Source of the DNA: an uncultured delta proteobacterium
Lineage (GTDB): Bacteria > Desulfobacterota > Desulfuromonadia > Geobacterales > Pseudopelobacteraceae
Length of the DNA: 64,000 bases
Direction of reading: 5' to 3'
Assembly (NCBI GenBank): GCA_963772835.1
Contig: CAVYYZ010000024.1
Location: 32,001-96,000, forward strand
Each line of letters starts with the position of its first letter. Within the stretch, counting starts at the first letter, position 1. This document shows, piece by piece, positions 60,114 through 64,000 of this stretch. The notes beneath the pieces were generated by a model. That model had not been told where the DNA came from. It was given only the letters and a program-made list of their open reading frames with translations, and searched no databases. Made by a program: the position numbers and the translations under genes.

Positions 60114-60644
60114 ATGTATCTACTCTGGGTTTTCGTATATCTGCTCCTGGAGCGGTTCTTCGAACTCTTTCTTTCCCGCAGGCATTGTCAGGCAGTTGCA
60201 CTCCGCGGCGGCAGAGAGTTTTACCCGGAAACGTACCCCCGTATGGTAGCTCTGCACGCCGGATTCTTTCTGGCACTGTTCGGAGAGTCGTATCCCTGGC
60301 ACGTCCCCGCAGGAATCGTTACTTTCTCACTGCTGACTCTGTTCGTTCTGCTCCAGGGGGCGCGCTACTGGTGTATCGCCAGCCTCGGTGAATGTTGGAA
60401 TACCCGCATAGTGCTGGTCCCGGGCGGAAATGTGAAGAAAACGGGGCCGTATCGTCTACTTTCCCATCCAAATTACCTGGTAGTGACCTTGGAATTTCTC
60501 ATCCTCCCCCTGCTCATGCATGCACCGTATACTCTGGCACTCTTCTTCCCGCTTAATCTCCTGGTCGTGCGCCAGCGTATCCGGCTGGAGGAAAAATCTC
60601 TCCGGGAATTCACCGACTACAGCGAGCAATTTCCCCAAAGGTAA
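60114..60644 (+). CDS. Isoprenylcysteine-carboxyl-methyltransferase-family membrane protein (BpsB/SrsB-like)
   Basis: RYWCIASLG..WNTRI, GPYR..SHPNY, RIRLEE. Confidence 0.88.
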   Translation: MYLLWVFVYLLLERFFELFLSRRHCQAVALRGGREFYPETYPRMVALHAGFFLALFGESYPWHVPAGIVTFSLLTLFVLLQGARYWCIASLGECWNTRIVLVPGGNVKKTGPYRLLSHPNYLVVTLEFLILPLLMHAPYTLALFFPLNLLVVRQRIRLEEKSLREFTDYSEQFPQR

Positions 60645-60730
60645 TATGATCTGCCCTTCAGGTTTTCCCGGTGAGGATCAATGAGTAGGTATTCACGGTA
60701 TCACGTTCAAATATATCAAGGCGGTTATCG

Positions 60731-61558
60731 CTATTTAAAATATTCCGAATGAATAGAGCCGCTCAGCGTCGCCATACCAAAGAGGGTCACCAGTGAAACT
60801 ACAAAGCAGGCAATAAAGAACCATGCCGCCCTTGTCCCCTTCCAGGCGAAAAAACGCCGCAGGTGCAGATATGCCGCGAACATCAGGCAGGTGATAAGCG
60901 ACCACGTTTCCGTTACATCCCACCCCCAGAACCGCCCCCATGATTGATACGCCCAGATTGAGCCGGCCAGCATCCCGATGGTCCAGAATATAAAACCGAA
61001 TCCTGCAAAACGGTAACTGTAGATATCAAGCGTATCCAGGGATGGCAGGCGTTGAAGCCAGCCGCTGTCTCTCCTCTTTTTAAGCAGATAAAACAGGGAA
61101 CACGTACAGCTGATTACCAGCGTCGCGAGCGCTATTTTGTAGAGACCGATGTGAATGACAAGCCAGACGCTACGGAATGTTGCCGGGAGAGTGCGGATGC
61201 CGGGATTATAAAAAAGTGACAGCGCCAGCAGAAGAAATGCCAATGGGAATGCCACAATACTGGTGGTTTTGATGCGCGGATAGAGCCGGGAAAAAATGAA
61301 GTAACCGCTTATTATCATCCATGCGTCAGACGAGAGCACTTCGCTGGGGGCCATGTACGGGCCATGCCCGACCTCAACCCACCAGAGAATCATGATGATG
61401 CTGTGCAGTGTTAATCCGGCAAGTGCGATCCGGTGGCCCCAGGTTTCCAACTGTTCCCGTTTGAAAATGACAGCTGATGCATTGGTGATCGTCGCCGCTA
61501 CGTACAGAATGACCGCGCACCATGTTGTCGAAACGTACAGCTCCAATGGCAGCTTCAT
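60731..61558 (-). CDS. ccsA: Cytochrome c biogenesis protein CcsA/ResC (system II)
   Basis: WWD domain GSIWAYQSWGRFWGWDVTETWS, WLVIH, YLH, SIHS. Confidence 0.88.
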   Translation of the reverse strand: MKLPLELYVSTTWCAVILYVAATITNASAVIFKREQLETWGHRIALAGLTLHSIIMILWWVEVGHGPYMAPSEVLSSDAWMIISGYFIFSRLYPRIKTTSIVAFPLAFLLLALSLFYNPGIRTLPATFRSVWLVIHIGLYKIALATLVISCTCSLFYLLKKRRDSGWLQRLPSLDTLDIYSYRFAGFGFIFWTIGMLAGSIWAYQSWGRFWGWDVTETWSLITCLMFAAYLHLRRFFAWKGTRAAWFFIACFVVSLVTLFGMATLSGSIHSEYFK

Positions 61559-62877
61559 AAGGTCCTTTCCTGTTTCAGATTTTGTGAGATCTCATCGCGC
61601 TCATCTACATAGAAATCCTTGAAGGCAACAGCTTTCCAGTATACTTTATACGACCCATCGGCTTGTTTGACGCCAATCAATTCCCGGGGAGGAGTCATGT
61701 AGTGGATCACCCCGCCGAGCATGATAATGGCAAATCCTGTGAATATCAGCGACATTCCGCTGATATCGACAATGATCAGCTTTGCCCACTTTTCACTCTT
61801 GAGCAGTTGTACCCGGTACTCTCCCAACACTCCGGTGCTTCCCGACGTTAACTCAGTCCGGGCAATTTCCTTTTCTCCTTCAAGCATGCGTATGTAAAGC
61901 TGAGGGTTGGCGCTCAGCATGGACTTTTTTTCCGCATCGGCATAATACTTCACTGCGTACAGATACGGTGACCAGGCTACGCTGAATTCTGAACTGTATC
62001 CTGCGTTATCCAGGCCAACCGGCTGTTGCGCAAAAATCCTTTCTGTATGCGCAGCGCCCGACGTGTCTGTAAAGGTTACCGTGAAAGCATCGCCATGTTG
62101 TGACGCATGGTAGATACGCAGACCGTTATACCGGCAGATTCTGTTGATTGATGCCGTAAATGAGTCAACCGTACCGGTTTTTCCGGTTATCGAAATATCA
62201 GACAGTACATCAGTCGGCTGATTCATACTGTCAAATCGAACCGTGACTTTTTCAAGACGGACAGTTCCGGGCATCCGCAGGGGCGAAGACAGAATGCCGT
62301 GCTCGGAGGCATCCCACGGCTTGACCATGTCACGCGTTTCACCTTCAACAAGAATCAGTGCCCCTTGTCGTCCGGTCAACGAGACATACAGTGAAACGGC
62401 TATAACCAGAGTCATCCCGACATGCAACATCCAGATGCCAAAATATCCCCAGGGATTTCTAACAAACTTCAACAGTTCATCTGAATGTGTCTGAAGCGCC
62501 CGATACCTGTGGGAGCGGGCAACGGAACCTAACTGTCCACTGGTAACATTCCCCGCAATTTCACTGCCCGTACCGGGAACAGTCGAAAAGAGTCTTTTCC
62601 GCGAAACGGTCCATTGGTCGAGAGAAGAAATTCCCAGAGAGAGGGAAGCACATAAAATAACGACGGCAAACCAGGGCTGTGAATATATTTCGTGAAGATG
62701 AGCTCCGTCAATCAGCCAGAGAAGACTTGCATGTGTCCTGCGCCAGGCCTCAACTTTATCCGGAGTTGAATCAATCTCCTGAGGAATGAGTGTTGAACAA
62801 TACATCAACGCCGCAAGCAAAAGAATGAGTCCGAGGGATATGCGTCGCGCGGTTAATAGCTGTTTGAGTTTGTTCAC
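61555..62877 (-). CDS. resB: Cytochrome c biogenesis protein ResB/CcsB
   Basis: STLIPQ, IYSQPWF, LHVG TM-His, large periplasmic domain; overlaps ccsA start. Confidence 0.8.
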   Translation of the reverse strand: MNKLKQLLTARRISLGLILLLAALMYCSTLIPQEIDSTPDKVEAWRRTHASLLWLIDGAHLHEIYSQPWFAVVILCASLSLGISSLDQWTVSRKRLFSTVPGTGSEIAGNVTSGQLGSVARSHRYRALQTHSDELLKFVRNPWGYFGIWMLHVGMTLVIAVSLYVSLTGRQGALILVEGETRDMVKPWDASEHGILSSPLRMPGTVRLEKVTVRFDSMNQPTDVLSDISITGKTGTVDSFTASINRICRYNGLRIYHASQHGDAFTVTFTDTSGAAHTERIFAQQPVGLDNAGYSSEFSVAWSPYLYAVKYYADAEKKSMLSANPQLYIRMLEGEKEIARTELTSGSTGVLGEYRVQLLKSEKWAKLIIVDISGMSLIFTGFAIIMLGGVIHYMTPPRELIGVKQADGSYKVYWKAVAFKDFYVDERDEISQNLKQERTL

Positions 62878-62947
62878 GAGTCAATCTTCCCTGGCTGAAT
62901 TGTACTACAGTATATCACCATTATTGGCCGCCGCATGCTGCGGAGGA

Positions 62948-62985
62948 TAGTAAAAAGGCCGGGCAAAAGCCCGGCCTTTTTACTA
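62948..62985 (-). terminator. Intrinsic terminator after multiheme cytochrome
   Basis: TAGTAAAAAGGCCGGGC/GCCCGGCCTTTTTACTA. Confidence 0.8.
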
Positions 62986-63029
62986 CCTTCGATCAGTGAA
63001 TTACTTTAGACGTGAATCCGAAGTCATTC

Positions 63030-64000
63030 CTACCATCCTGTCTTGGTACCACCACCGGAACAACCACCGTTAATGGTACTGTGGACGCATGTTTGTGATG
63101 TGGAAGATGCTCCTTTTGGGCCGGTGAGCGGTGTAATCCCGTTTCTCATATTGGCGGCATTCGGGTTGGCATTCCGATTCCCCGGACCGTGATCGACTCC
63201 CGACCCGGAGCCGCCGGTGGCATGACATATTGTACACGTAGTGTTGTTGTGCGCTCCATCCTGTGCACCGCCATGGTAACCCAGTCTGTCGGGAAATGCT
63301 GATCCGGTGGGTTTGCCGTTCGCGGCGCCGTGACAGGATCCGCAGCCTATTCCTGGCGCGGCTTTTTTATGGCAGCCACGACAGTCAGGGGCATTGCCAA
63401 GTGTAGCAGCAGGGTATGCGCTGGTTGCGGTGCCGATGGCGTGACAGGCGGTGCAGGCAGCACCGGTTCCGGCTGCCTGATGGTTGTAGTTAGGGACCGC
63501 ATGTGCGCCGCCACTGGCTTCTACTGAGCCGTTGATATGCTGTGCAATACCGGTCGGCGTGAATCCGTCATTGGTAGCGTTGACATGGAGATGGCATCCC
63601 GAGCAGGCACTGCTTGCTGAATGCGCCGCGGCTCCGTTGCGAACTGTCGTTGGAGGATATCCGTGACAGGTGGAGCATCCTGCCGTCAGATAATTTGCCT
63701 GGTTCCAGACGGGGGACTTGTTTGACCCTCCGCCCGTTAGTGTTGTCCCGTGGCAGTAGGTGTTTGCACAGGCTCCTGTTGCAGCGGTATATGTCGGCGT
63801 CAAGGAGCCGGTTTTCGCCAGAGTACCGAAAACGACATCGTTCACACCGTTTCTGTGTGTCCCGGAAACTGCCGGTGAGATCGGTACCGCATGGCACTCA
63901 GAACAGGCAATGTTGGCCGAATAGGCAGGAGCCTGAACGGCCGCGTTCAAATGTTTAATATGAGCACCGACTTTTGCATCACTCGGTGCGGTAACCCCGG
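63030..64000 (-). CDS. CxxCH/CxxxxCH multiheme cytochrome c, 5'-truncated by window
   Basis: Frame open to window edge; seven CxxCH plus CANTYCH in visible part. Confidence 0.88.
   Translation of the reverse strand, partial: GVTAPSDAKVGAHIKHLNAAVQAPAYSANIACSECHAVPISPAVSGTHRNGVNDVVFGTLAKTGSLTPTYTAATGACANTYCHGTTLTGGGSNKSPVWNQANYLTAGCSTCHGYPPTTVRNGAAAHSASSACSGCHLHVNATNDGFTPTGIAQHINGSVEASGGAHAVPNYNHQAAGTGAACTACHAIGTATSAYPAATLGNAPDCRGCHKKAAPGIGCGSCHGAANGKPTGSAFPDRLGYHGGAQDGAHNNTTCTICHATGGSGSGVDHGPGNRNANPNAANMRNGITPLTGPKGASSTSQTCVHSTINGGCSGGGTKTGW

Overview
Core-genome window of a Desulfuromonadia (Geobacteraceae-like) bacterium; the taxon is inferred from gene content (SfrA-like oxidoreductase, porin-cytochrome cluster, CxxxxCH multiheme cytochromes, GEMM riboswitch). 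It holds about 55 CDSs. SAM/methionine cycle: sahR-ahcY with a palindromic operator, metK, metH. DNA/RNA maintenance: radA, family-B polymerase, recO, mutS2, rlmN (frameshifted), DEAD-box helicase, yhaM, dusB, rsgA. Also an ntrB-ntrC-like pair, an extracellular-electron-transfer island (porin plus two lipoprotein cytochromes, and an MtrC/OmcA-like decaheme behind a c-di-GMP-I riboswitch), ovoA-ygiD, a type III PKS plus methyltransferase, and a dedicated ResB/CcsA pair. No rRNA, tRNA, CRISPR array or transposase was recognised, but several families of small non-coding inverted repeats occur. Best leads: (1) a HEAT-repeat/HD-GYP pair sharing a YPxxHP N-terminal domain, whose phosphodiesterase carries the RxxQ variant linked to 3',3'-cGAMP preference; (2) a G20 riboswitch whose expression platform looks like an OFF switch upstream of a circularly permuted decaheme; (3) a TusA plus Cys/His-rich kinase operon. 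All calls come from motif recognition by eye; no searches were run.
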